Shown piece after piece: positions 23,149-35,210 of a stretch of 64,000 nt of DNA; position 1 is the first letter of the stretch, and every line of letters starts with the position of its first letter. The position numbers and the translations under genes are program-made. Source of the DNA: Lama guanicoe (Eukaryota); the NCBI GenBank assembly GCA_013239625.1, contig MU054391.1, positions 2,633,130-2,697,129 of the forward strand. Direction: 5' to 3'. Under the pieces are notes generated by a model that did not search any database, was not told the DNA's origin, and saw only the letters and a list, made by a program, of their open reading frames with translations.

Positions 23149-23530
23149 CAGAGGTCTGCAAACTATGGCCACATCTGGCCCACATCCTGTTTTGGCAAAT
23201 AAAGTTTTATTGCAACACGGACATGACCACTTATTTACACGTTGTCCTCAGATGCTTTTGCTGGAAACCACGGAGATAAGCAGTCACAACAGAGGCTGCG
23301 TGCACTGGCGAAAAACCACCAGGCCCTCCTGTAGAGCACAGGACTCCATTCAGGGCCTTGTAACCGCCTACGATGATAAAGAACGGAGACATGTGTAACT
23401 GAATCACCACGCTGTGCGCCAGAAACTAGCACTGTAAACTGATTACACTTCAGTTTTTAAAAAAGCTAAAATATTTATTAAAACATCTGGCCCTTCACAC
23501 ACACACACACACACACAACCCCCCAACACG
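23149..23530 (+). mobile_element. MER58A-like hAT-Charlie MITE interrupted by an L1 fragment
   Basis: 'cagaggtctgcaaactatggcc..aaataaagttttattgcaacac..' resumes after 23464 as 'gctaaaatatttatt..atctggcccttcac'. Confidence 0.8.
23313..23464 (+). mobile_element. L1 3'UTR fragment nested in MER58A, strongly GC-shifted
   Basis: Colinear with the L1 3' ends at 21790-21940 and 61110-61289. Confidence 0.8.
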
Positions 23531-25235
23531 CACACATTACTAACGCCTATCATAGCTTGAACTCACTCAAAGAAACTCCCACATTTCAGATGAGGACTAC
23601 CACCCCATGTGCTAGTCTAAAAGAAACAGCCAAGCTCTGGGAACAGACAATAAATGAAAATGAGAGTGTGAAATGCTGTTAGCACTTAAACATCACCGCC
23701 GTGACCTGGGCATGGGAGCACGAGACCATTTTGTTCATGACACCCAGTACCCCAGCAGCTGGGGAAACCAGCTCCGTTCTGACCCTGTCTTCACTCAGCA
23801 ATTCTAAATGTTTTAACAGAGAGTCGCTTTGTTTCATTTCATATTTCCAATTGAACTGCCAGCTCCCAGAAAGAAGAATTTGAAAGCTAAAATGGACCCC
23901 ACATCTCATTAAATTCATCATCTTCCTTTTGCCAGTGAGAAAGCTGAAATCTGGACGCATCCTGTGGCTGTCCACCACCGAGGGGTAGAGGCTGGAATGG
24001 AAGGTTCTTTGCCCCTTTTCGCTTCCTGTCCTGCTGCCGTTAGAGTCTGCTGCAGTATCCCGCCGTCTGCAAAGAACCCGCGGTCACTCCTCCTCACTGC
24101 ACTGCGCAGCAGGAACTGGGAGCGCTCGGACAGCCGTGAGCTCTCGGCTTCGCGGGACCCCTTTCAGTTCGTTTTGGGGTCAGGCCAGTGGGAAGTGAGC
24201 AGCTTCCGGGGTTGACCCTCTTCTCTGCACTTTTGTCCTCGGGACCAAGGGTCCCAGGTCTTAGCTGCAAAAGGAAGCACCCTGGGACCCTTCAGCTTGG
24301 AGGGGAGCCCACAGGAGAATTGTCAACCCCTCCAGATCATGATCCAAACAAGAAATGATGCTGTGTGGAGACAATGGAGTTTCAGATTTTGTTTGCTGTT
24401 GTAATAAGCCTGCTATTATTGTGATTATGTAGCGATCAGCAATTTGGCAACCATTTTTGACTAGAATTAAAAAGAGAAAAAGAAATAAACCAAACAAAAA
24501 CTCTGAGCAATAAAGATAAATATCACAAGCTTGAGGTCATTAACTTTGCCCATAAACCAATTGGCTCCTTCTCCAAAGCCAAGTCACACGTTCTCTGTGC
24601 ACGAGTCTCAGGACCATCCACGTGCCACAAAGTGCCGTCTTACGGTGTTTTGTTCATGTGAGTGTCCTCAGGAGCACACGGTAGACACCAAAGAACCACG
24701 TGTAGTAAGTGAAAGTAAACTTGATGCTGTGATTTCCCAGCCAGTAACGCGCTAAATGATAGAGGGGAGTAAGACTTTCAGTCTAAAAACAAAGTCAAAT
24801 GAGGGGGCTCACAGGATTTGGAGTTTGGGGTGTCCCTCATCCTAAAAAGCATCCCCCCTGGATGATGGATCGTAGAGTCACCCTGAATCCACAACTGCTG
24901 ACTTACCAAGCTACAACTTTACCCTTTTCTCATAACTGCTCCAAGTACCTAAGTGGTCACTCAGCCCTAGCATATTCTAAGTTTCCAAGAAACTCAGAAT
25001 ACAATTAAAAACAAACATGCAGCAAACAGAGAGAATTCAAGTGATGAGGAAACTGCAGCCCTCTCCAGAAATGCAGGTTATAGAAATCGGAGGAGTGCAG
25101 GCTTTGTTCTCAATCAAGGGTCCCCACTAGAGGGCTTTGAGCAGGAGGAGGAGGACACCAGGTGGAGGAAGTGACATGAACATTTTGTATGTTAAGAAAG
25201 TCATTCTGATTGCAGAGAGCAAATTAGAAACAAGG

Positions 25236-25850
25236 AGAACTCTCCTACACTGCTGGTGGGAATGAAGTTTGGTGCAGCCATTATGGAAAATAGTATGGAG
25301 ATTCCTCAAAGAACTAAAAATAGACTCACCATATGATCCAGCAACCCCACTCCTGGGCATAGATTCAGAGGAAACCTTAATTCAAAAAGATACATGCACC
25401 CCAATGTTCATAGCAGCACTATTTACAATAGCCAAGAGGTGGAAACAACCTAAATGTCCATCAACAGATGACTGGATAAAGAAGCCGTGGTATATATACA
25501 TATAATGGAATATTACTTAGCCATAAAAAAGAATAAAATAATGCCATTTGCAGTAACATAGTTATATATGGAGATCGTCAGTCTAAGTGAAGTAAGCCAG
25601 AAAGAGAAAGAAAAATACTATATGGTATCACTTATATGTGGAATCTAAAAAAACAACAAAAAAGAAGACACTAATGAACTCATTTATGAAACTTCAAAAA
25701 TGAATATATATATATACATATATGCATTTGTATGACTGAAACATGTTGTACTCCAGAAATTAATACATTATAACTGAGTATACTTTAAGAAAAAATATAA
25801 ATATTTAAAAATAAATAAATAAAAGTCAAAAAGGAAGGGAAAAAAAAAAA
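25236..25850 (+). mobile_element. 5'-truncated L1 (ORF2 C-terminus, 3'UTR and poly-A)
   Basis: ORF 25269-25505 ([53 protein letters not shown]) is the L1 ORF2p C-terminal region. It has an A-rich tail and an approximate TSD agaaaca(a)gga. Confidence 0.95.
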
Positions 25851-25881
25851 AGAAAGAAACAGGAAGACCTGTTGGGAGGTG

Positions 25882-25950
25882 TCTATAAGAAAACACCATA
25901 GGCTGGTGACTTACAAACCACAGAAAAGTGGTCTCACCTTTCTGGAAGCT
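25882..25950 (-). mobile_element. MLT1/MST LTR end fragment
   Basis: 'ctataagaaaacaccataggctggtgactta..acagaaa..tctcacctttctggaagctg'. Confidence 0.6.
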
Positions 25951-27429
25951 GTCCTTCCAGAAACTGGAAATAACTAATTGCTACTTTTCCCTCCAGAATA
26001 AATTTGGTGTGGTAATAAGATGACATTCTAGGAAGACACTGGAGTCAGAAAGATAAAGATAAGAATGAGCAAAGATTTAGCCAAAACAAAACTGTTTCAG
26101 AGAACAGTTCCTTCCCTGATTGTTGAAAGATTTCTCACTCAACACTCTAATACATACTGCAAGTTTTTTTGTTTTTCAAGCTGTTGCCTTCATAATTCTG
26201 GAAAAGAAAAGCCAAAACCTTGTCAGTCATGAGATTCCAAAGAATTCCTGAATCCTTAAAATACAGCCCAGAATATGTGGGGGGAGCTGAGCAGTGGCTA
26301 ATTTTTGGTCTATAAGCAGAGCTTTGGTGAAAGTGTCATGTGTGGTTGGGAGCAGACTCTCCGGATGGGTCTGTGGAGAGCCTGAAGCTGCTGAGGTAGC
26401 TGATTGCTCGCAGTCACTTGTCTCAGGAGACAGGATGTCTTAACACAACAGCCCCCTCACTGACAGATCCTGGGTCTGCTGAAAACTGGAAGGTAGGAGT
26501 GCTCCGAATTCCCTGGGTCTCACAGACAAAAACGTGAGCAGATCAGCGTGATTCGATTGTCTAAATAGATCATATCCAACACCTTTCCGTGTGGAGGCGT
26601 CTGGTGTATTTCTTCTACTTCGTACAAGGAAGGAAAAGGCTAACATATTCCGTCTTCTCAGTGGGTTTATGAAGGTAAGACTGAATGTCTACCCGGTGGC
26701 ACCCCCCTCATTAAAACAAGCAGCGTGGAGCCATTATCTTCACAGCAACGTATTAACACAGCTCCATTAAACAAACTGGGTGTTCTTTGTAAATGGTTGA
26801 TGAGGTTCATTTCAGATTATGAATATCATATTTATTGCTGTTTTATGTGTAATACTCAACTTGATGGCTAATTCTTCCTCCAGCAACTCATAGTGAGGGC
26901 CGTTAAAGCGGGTTTTCTTTTCTCCTTTTCCTCCACGATAGGTGGAATGTGGCCTAATTTTTACGGGAGTTACTAACGATTTAATACATTTTGAAAACCT
27001 AAGTATACAGAAAAGTTTGCTGTGTCTGGCACTGTATTCAGAGTCATTGCGATTTAAACCCCAGTGTTACTTCCATGTGTCCTGTGTGGGACTGTTAGGA
27101 CTGAGCTAGTTGTCAGATTAAACAGCAGAGGGTGTGCAGGAGGCTTACTCAGCACATAAAAGTGATTGTTCATATTGGTGGACACGTCTAGAGGCCCTCA
27201 GCATCACAGGGAAGAGCGATGTGTGAGGAAGGTCCTAGGAATGAAGGCAGGAGCTCGTGAGCCAAGAGGTGGTGAAGCTGGTGGGGAAGAGGGTTGAGCA
27301 GAGGAGATTGGGAGACCCCGGGAGACCCCGGGGTCTCCCCGGGAGTCCCAGGAGAGAGATGATGAGGGAGAAAACAAGCCAAGACTAACAGCCTCACCAC
27401 ACAAGTCATCCTAAAAGACTGATGGAGCT

Positions 27430-28115
27430 CAAACCACGATGAGATGCTGCTTCACGCTCATTACAATGACTGTTATCAAAACCCCAACCAACCAAACAAA
27501 TAGAAATATGGAGAAACCAGAACCTTTGTGCATTGTTGGTGGGAACATAAATTCGTGTGGCCAGTATGGAGCAATTCCTCCAAAAATTAAATATAGAATT
27601 ACCTGTTCCAGCTATCTCACTTCTGGGTATTTACGCAAAAGAACTGACAGTGGGAACACAAACCGATACTTGTACACGCGTGGTCATAGCAACCCTGTTC
27701 ACAATAGACCAAGGGTGGAAACCACCCAGGTGTCCCCTGACGGATGGCTGGATAAGCAAAATGCGGTCTATCTGGGCAACAGAATATTGCTCAGCCTTAA
27801 GTAGGAAGGAAACTCTGACACAAAGTTGAGCCCAGAAGGATGAACACCGTGAGTCCATTCACAGGAGGTCCCTGGAGGGATCAAATTCGTGGAGACAGAA
27901 AGTAGAATGGTGGTTGCCTGCGGCTGGGGGAGGAGGGAGGGAGGGGTCAGTGCTTTATGGGTGCAGAGCGTCAGTTTTGCAAGATGAAAAAGCTCTGGAG
28001 ATGTCAGTGGTGTTGGCTGCACAACAGTGTGAATGTGATTAACCCCGTGGAACGGTGCGCTTTGAAATGGTCATGATGGTACACTTTGTGTCAGATGTCT
28101 TTGCCACAATAAAAA
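27430..28115 (+). mobile_element. L1MB-type 3' end (degenerate ORF2 C-terminus and 3'UTR)
   Basis: ORF 27557-27829 contains QKLNIELP..PAISLLGIY..IATLFTI..WKPPRCP. The 3'UTR reads 'gagacagaaagtagaatggtggttgcc..cagttttgcaagatgaaaaagctctggagatg'. Confidence 0.9.
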
Positions 28116-29441
28116 GAATCATTGGAAAGAAGGGAAAAAAAAGATAAACACTCTCTTAGGAAGACAGGGACAAATCATAACATTCTTGAAACGCTCTCCT
28201 CTCCAAACCTGGATCGACTACCACAGACTAGTTTGTATAACTTCTCCCCCATTTCTTGACCTCATCGACCCTCAGTGTGTTAATCTGGAAGGTAGCGATG
28301 TGGCTCTTCCGTCCCATGCCGCAATGAGGATCCAGCGGGCTCGAGCACAGTAGGGTGTTTACTCCTGCCCCTGACAGGGAGTTCCGCAAATGCTTTCATT
28401 TCTTTCTCTCTCCCTCAGCTTCCGTGACGAGGCACGCTCCCGTTTTGCTCCTGTCTTTCAAGGGCCCTGGCTTCCCTCCCTTCCCGTTTTCCACCCATCA
28501 AGTCCTCTTACCACTCACATCAAGCCGTCTCTGTTCATGTCCTGCTCTCCCCAGCTGCCGGGTTTTCTGTAGACTGGCTGAGAATCCATCCGACCCGCGC
28601 ACCTTGCACGGCTAAGTCATGCTTTGCACACGAGAGGTGCATGTATGTAACATCTGCTCCTTGAATAGACTCTTTCTGGGTCCTCAGATGGTGATTCCTC
28701 TCTCAGTGAATCATTCATTCTCTTCAGGGGATCTCATTATTTTCCATTCTTTCAATCTTTTTGTTCTTTAATTTTTAACAAAAGAGTGATCATTCCTAAA
28801 TACATCCTTGGAAAATATTCATACTTGCCATAATTGTTCTTCATGGTTTGAGGAGGAATCTGTGATTTCTGATCACTGAGTTTTAGGTTTAGAAAGTAAC
28901 CCTGGGAGAGGGAGGGATGGACAGAAGCAGAGGGGATGAGGACGAGAAGAGGCAGGCGCCGGCGGGAGGGGAGCGGGAGGGAGGAGACGCCGCGGTGCGG
29001 GCAGGGCAGGTGGTCGAGGAGGATGGGCTGGCCGCGTGATCCTGGGGCTTCTCCAACCCCGGGAGCCCGGGACACCGAGACCGTCCACACGATTCAGACT
29101 TTCAGGATCCTCCATCGGATGACAAGTAGAACTGACAAAAAGTGTGCATCCCGAAAAAGTGGTTCCTGCCAACATGCAGGTCTCTCATGGCTTTTTAACA
29201 GTGGCTTATAAGATTCTAACCGAGGGAGAGACTTGATGGGAAAAAGAAACTTAAAAAGACACTATAAAAATTAACTGGGTGTTACTGCCACCTAAAACCC
29301 AATCCCACATTAATATAAACGATGACACAATGAAGTCATCACATGCGATTTGACTTATTAAATATGAACTGATGAAAGCAGAGTAAAATGAATAACTATG
29401 ACTTTGGCTGAAAACATGACATATTGACTGGCTCATTTTTA

Positions 29442-29550
29442 TTTTTTTTAACATTTCTTATTGATTTATAATCATTTTACAATGTATCAAATTCCAGCGT
29501 ACAGCACAATTTTTCAGTTATACATGAACATGTATATATTCATTGTCACA
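29442..29550 (-). mobile_element. Very short young L1 3' end (109 bp)
   Basis: Perfect 16 bp TSD gactggctcattttta at 29426-29441 and 29551-29566. Same family as 53866-54010. Confidence 0.9.
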
Positions 29551-30509
29551 GACTGGCTCATTTTTAGAAGCACCAGTTACCACAGCTCCTCCCCAGAAGG
29601 GAGGGGCTGTCCTTTGAAAGTGCTTTCTACAACCGCAAGACACAACATGGACGCAAGTGGCTGCTCGTGACACTTCCTTACCTTCAGAGCAGTGGCTCCC
29701 AACATGATGCGACGCGAGCGGTTGCCAAGAGAGACAAGCAAGATGCTATACATGGAACACTTCTTAAATGCTGAGTGCTTTTATAAACACCATTTGGCCA
29801 GTTATCCTGGGGTCTTACTGGGGCATCCTGCGCAGCTGCATTTCTCTGAACTTGCCCACACCAGAGCCCCCTCGCTGAGCCGGCACTGGGAGGAACCAGC
29901 TGTGGAGCTGGGAGTGATTACATTCCGGATGGCCATCCGTGGATAAGGGTGTTTGCAACTGACATGGTGTGAATGGGACTTAAACTAGCAAACTGCAGCC
30001 TTTATCTCAAATAGTCCCCAACATCAAAGCTGTTAAAGCAAAGCACTTTCCATAAAAATGTGTTAAGAAAGCTCAGAGCCTCAGGCCAATAGGAAGAAGA
30101 AAACTTATCAGCACAGTTGTCTGAAGGAAGGGACTGCTGAGCAGGAAGGAACGAAGGAGGATGAGCAAGCCCCGGGAGGATGAGCAGAGAGGGTGTTCCC
30201 AGTGTGGCGTGGCAGCCCAGAGCCTCCAGAAGGACCTTGCACCACCGCCTGTGAGAACCTGCCGCGGAGGTGCACAGGCTCTGGATCTGCTCTGGATCTG
30301 CTCTGTCCGGCCGGAAGCCAGCTAACACGTGGTGACTGTGCCCTGGAAATGTGATGGGTGCCACCAACGAACTGGATTCTGATTTTGTTTCAGTGTAACT
30401 ATTTTGAGTTTCTGTAGCCACGTGCAGCTTGCAGAGACCTAGGGGACTGCCCAGGGTGGTGGCTGCAGGAGCGCGTGAGACAGACAGTCACTCTGCTCAG
30501 CTGGATGCC

Positions 30510-30860
30510 CAAGCTTTCATTCAACTAAACAAAGACACTGGCCACGCCGGCCACCATGTTAGGGACCGAGACCCAGAGATAAAAGATGGATAAACTTCTG
30601 CCCTTGAAGATTTCAAGTCTAATAGGAAAGGAAAGCTAACACAATGCATTTTTTCCCATGAGAAAATGGAAATACAGAATTAAAGGCACGCACAGGTCTC
30701 TGTAGAGGTAGGAGAGGCGAGTGGGTGGATGGGTTTTGGAGCAGGCTTTGCAGAGAAAGTGCTTGTTGTCTGAGTCTTGAAAGGTGGGTAGGAGTTTGGC
30801 AAGTGAAGGACGTGAGAGAGCTTTCCAGACAAAGGGAACGCAGAAGTCCAACGGGCAGGA
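30510..30860 (-). mobile_element. L2 3' fragment
   Basis: 'ttcattcaactaaac..gcccttgaagatttcaagtctaataggaaag..gaaagtgcttgttgtctgagtcttgaaaggtgggtaggagtttggcaagtgaag..ttccagacaaagggaac'. Confidence 0.65.
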
Positions 30861-32604
30861 CAGTGCAGCCCGGAACCTTGAGGGACGATAAAACCTCTGC
30901 ACGAACTCCATCTCTCCGCTCGCTGGGGGCCTCCAGGGCCTACGTCAAACACAGGTCCAAGGCCCGCAGCGCGCCGACCCCCGCCCGCAGTGCGCTCCCG
31001 GCGCCCACGCGCACGCCCACTCTTCCCAGTCCAGCTCCTGGCGCAACCCAGAGGCCGCTCTGGTTACTCACGGGCCTGCTTACGTGAGGGGACCTGGTTC
31101 CACCGCGATGCCATCCAAAGTCAAGGGGACCCATTAAATTTGAGAAAGAAAAGAAAGACGACTCAGGTCAAGTGTGAGCGGACGAGGGCAGACGTTTGGG
31201 AGAAGCCCACCAAAGCTGAAGGAGGTGCCCTCAACTTGCCTCGCGTTCCATCTGACAGCGCCAAGCCCGGAAATTATCTGGGGGGCATCACGTCTGTGGT
31301 TTATGCCAGAAAAACAACATGTGGCTCCCGTCAGCCGAGCTTCGCTCAGAGCAAGGTTCTTGGCCTGCCATCAGGACGTGGGTAAGCGAGGGTAAATGTC
31401 TGTCTCTAAGGTTAGAATGAAATACTGAAGACATATCATGTCAGTCTTCTAACTCCCTTGTTACTCCAATTTTTCAGCTCCGGCTGCATCTTGTTGAGGC
31501 CTCTGCTGTAGCTCAGGACGGTGGAGGGATAAGCTGGCGGTGGGGCCACGAGGGGCTGAGGATGGAGAGGAGCCCAGCCTCTTCGCCAGGGCCTGGCCTG
31601 CCCGGTCGAGACTGAGGCGAACGCAGCGCCGTGGGTGGTGGTGATCAGAGGGTCGATTTTCCAAGCAATGATTCTATTGTTTTGTAAAAAGATGAAATCA
31701 CAGCCAAGTGAACAAAATAAACGCTTTAGAGACATTGCAGCGCAGTGGACCCCAGACACATCCTGGTGAAGAGGGAACAGCTCTGTTGCTCAGAAACAGT
31801 CCAGGAGGTGATGTGGCCTAGGAGGTTGTTCAGCATGATGGACGCCACAGCCTTTCAGGGGAACTGGAGATTCGTCTTTCGAATCCACGGGGTCTAGAAA
31901 TGATGTGTTTCAAATTGTAACTGCAGCAGTGACCCTGACAAACCCTGTAAGAAGAGGGACGACCAAGGCTGACAACCAGCTGTTACAGAGAAAAGTGAAA
32001 ATGGGAAGGAATGGGAACGTGACAAGACCCGTTGATTGACTAATTGAGGAGGAAGAATCAAACGGATGCTCCGGTATGTGCAAATTGCACGGGCTTCCCA
32101 AGCCCGCCAACTTGTTAAATGCGCTTCACATGTCGGTGTGAGCGCTATTTCTCATGTGAAGCGAAGGTGAGAGTGGGGTCACTTAAACGTAACAATAGAC
32201 ACCTTATATTTACGTAGAGTAGACCCTTGGGCAAGATTCTCTTTTTCTGTTTCAAAGTTTGTGACTCAGTGTTGCAATAGGGGAAACATACATATATGTA
32301 CTATACATAAAGTTATACATAGTTATATATATATATATTACGTTTAATTATATATATTTATATTTAAATATGTTATATAATACGTATTTTTTCCCAAAAT
32401 CATGCTATACAGTAGTTCCCCATCAAATGGCTCAAGGATATCTGTGTCCTGGAAAAAGGGTAGTAACTTCCTAGAACAGGTAATTTACTGCACAACTTTC
32501 TATATTAAACTTGATGTGCTAAATCTATAGTGGTCAGTAATCTTGAAAGGCAAATTTTCTAAAACAGAAAGGCTCTTACTTCTTGCACATTCCTAATACT
32601 TATT

Positions 32605-32742
32605 ATTCTGGGGGGAAAGGAGATTGAATTTTTTTTATTTATTTGTTTATTGGTTTATTTATCTTAATGGAGGTACAAGGGATTGAACCCGGGACCTTGT
32701 GCATGCTAAGCACATGCTCTTCCACTGAGCTACACCCTCCCT
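32605..32742 (-). mobile_element. tRNA-derived SINE (camelid Vic-1 type)
   Basis: Reverse complement GGGAGGGTGTAGCTCAGTGGAAGAGCATGTGCTTAGCATGCACAAGGTCCCGGGTTCAATCCCTTGTACCTCCA carries A and B boxes and an A-rich tail. TSD tcctaatacttatt at 32591-32604 and 32746-32759. Confidence 0.92.
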
Positions 32743-33889
32743 CACTCCTAATACTTATTTTTAAAGGCTGGACACCTGGAGACTCTCTCAACGCGTGTGG
32801 GGAGGGGCACTGCAAGGGGAGGGACCTACCCCAGGGGGGCTCGAAGCTGTGGGACTGAACAGAGCACTGCCTGGAGACAGACAAGGGGGGATCCAGGAGG
32901 CACCTTCCTCGAGAATGACCCTCCCAGGACAGTGGGGCTCTCAGTGGTCAGCAGAGGTGAAGGGCAGGGTCCAGCGACTGCTCCTGGTGTCCCCCCCGGG
33001 AGGTGACCCTAGGGACAGTGGGAAATAACCAGACGTTTGGAGGCTTGGAGTTCCCAGACTGGTGGGTTTCAAGTTCCCACGATTCAGTCTTTCCTAAAGT
33101 GAACGTTGCCTGCTTTGTGATCACAGGGTTGTGGGGGGATCTGCGATGGCTCGTGCAAACTCGGCAAAGGAAGACCCCCAGCCCCTGAAGGTCCTACGGG
33201 AAGGCCAGGCAGGGAGGGGGCGGCCCACCTACACATCGTCTCCAAAATCTGCCACAAGTCCAGACACGCCCACCAGGAAAGCAGCCTCCTGCCTTTGTCC
33301 CTCGGTTGGCGGCAGGGAGGTTAAAGCCTCAGAGACATGGTTCCTTGTTAACACGCTGGGCACCTTTGAGGTGAGCCTTGCTTGGGCCTGTAGGTCAGAA
33401 GTCAATCACAGGCAATCTATTTCTATACAAACTGTGACATTGTGGAATTTTCAAACATCTGTGAGCAGTATTTATACAAATAACAGCAACAAAAAATCTA
33501 CATAGTGTCTTTAAATGTGACGTGCTTTTTCCCAATAAATATTTTATATTGAAGCTTATATATTGTGACAGAGAATAAAATAAAGTGATAACTACAGTCA
33601 TATGTAAAGGAGACACATGAGAAATTTGGGAGGGGAGGTTGGGGTAGAATTAAGAAACGTGTCAGAAGGACTTTTTCTCTATAAAACACAATAAAAGTAA
33701 CATGAGGTTTCAGTTACCCATCGTTTTAAAAGGTTAGGGCCCATATTCAGAGTTTTTGAATATTATTTTCTACAATAATAATGATAATTGCAAAGCTGTC
33801 ATTTAACATTTTAGAATATGATTTATTATAGGCTAAAAGAAGAACAAAGGTGATTTGCATTCAAATCAAATCCCGCCCTGGGTGTCAGT

Positions 33890-34105
33890 GGTGGGTTCAG
33901 ATTCCTCCTGTTCTGTGATCTTGAGAAACATAACCCCTTTTCAGAGGTAAGTGTCCTTGTCACCAAATGAAGAAAGCAAACGCACCTACCTCGTCGGGTT
34001 TTGTGAGACTAAACAGTAACAAGTCAGATAACTACGTAGCAAAGTGCCTGGCACCTAATGAGAGACAAACACACGTTAGGCATTTTTGTCTTTGTTATTA
34101 TTACA
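33890..34105 (+). mobile_element. MIR SINE
   Basis: 'ctgtgatcttgagaaac..cacctacctcgtcgggttttgtgagactaaa..gtagcaaagtgcctggcaccta'. Confidence 0.75.
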
Positions 34106-34974
34106 TTAAATCAAATAATTATGTCTAAGATCATCGTAAGTCATAAAAACCACACATTAAAGATAGTCATGAAGGCCAAATCTGAGTCTTAGTTTCCAAT
34201 ATTCCATACGTCAGAGCGGGCCACGGGGATCTGACCCTCGACAGGACCTGGGGCATCGTGTTATTTATGTGAACAACAAGAATTATGAAGATTGCGTTAT
34301 TATATAAACTGCGAAATGGCTCAGCTGGGCCATTCCAAAGGCGTTTCCTGGTCCCCCAGCCATTATCAGGGATGTTCTGGGGAAGCAGGGCGTCTCCCTT
34401 GAGAAGGGCTATCAAAGGATCTGTGCACAGGCCTCATGCTGCAGCAGCGCATGGCGGGAGGGGGCCCCCCGTGGCCCTGGGCAGAACCCCTCATCAATGC
34501 TCAGACTCCAGCGCTTGAGGGTTTTATAGATGCTTCTTAACAGAAGGGAAAATTTGCAAGAAAAAGTTGATCTTTTGAGTTTCTCCAAGAGCTATGCTCA
34601 CGGAAACAGGGCCATCAAACATCAAACATTTCGGGACCACGACCACTTGGTGGCAGAAGTCACAGGGAGCCAGGGTGAGGGGCGCTGGGGTGGGGGGCGC
34701 ATGATGACCAATGTGGATGCAGGTCCAGGAAGCCCACGGTAGTGGCCACAGAAGCCCTGCGTGTCACCAGGTTGGGAGGAACTTCAGAGAAGTAAAGAAA
34801 GTCCATCCACATTCCAAACGGGCCCCATACAAGAAAGCGGTTTATCTGGGACTCAGGAAGTGATTGGACACAGGAGAGAACTGTGGAACTACATGGAGAT
34901 TTCTTTCACGTTGCAGGACATAATTTCACTGTCCTTGGCCTCAGACTATGGCCAACATGGCCGTATTATAACTG

Positions 34975-35210
34975 ACACTCGGTCTTGGCACATGGGTGTT
35001 TTTGGCCCCCCGAATTCTTCATTGTCGGGGCTGGTCTGTGCACTGTAAGGTATTCAACAGCATCCCCGGTCTGTACCCACTAGGTGCCTATAGCTCCCAC
35101 CCCCTCATCCAGATGCGACAAGCAAACATGTCTTTAGGCTTCACAGAGGCCCCTGGTTGCAGGTTAAGTGGTGGTGGAGGGTGCAAAATACCCCCCCGTT
35201 GAGAACCACA
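34975..35210 (+). mobile_element. MER20 hAT-Charlie MITE
   Basis: 'aattcttcattgtcggggctggtctgtgcactgtaaggtattcaacagcatccccggtctgtacccactaggtgcc..caaaatacccccccgttgagaaccac'. Confidence 0.85.

Noticed and set aside
22404..23185. Overlapping 119-190 aa ORFs
   Set aside because: By-product of the GC-shifted MLT1 LTR.
25269..25505. ORF with clear protein homology
   Set aside because: Truncated L1 ORF2 remnant, not a host gene. The same applies to 27557-27829 and 20381-20656.
25939..25963. 10 bp-stem hairpin tttctggaag-ctgtc-cttccagaaa
   Set aside because: Short and located at an LTR fragment breakpoint; too small for a pre-miRNA, and its HSE/STAT-like spacing is non-canonical.
32668..32742. 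tRNA-Ala-like gene
   Set aside because: It has a SINE tail, a TSD and stem mismatches, so it is a tRNA-derived SINE.
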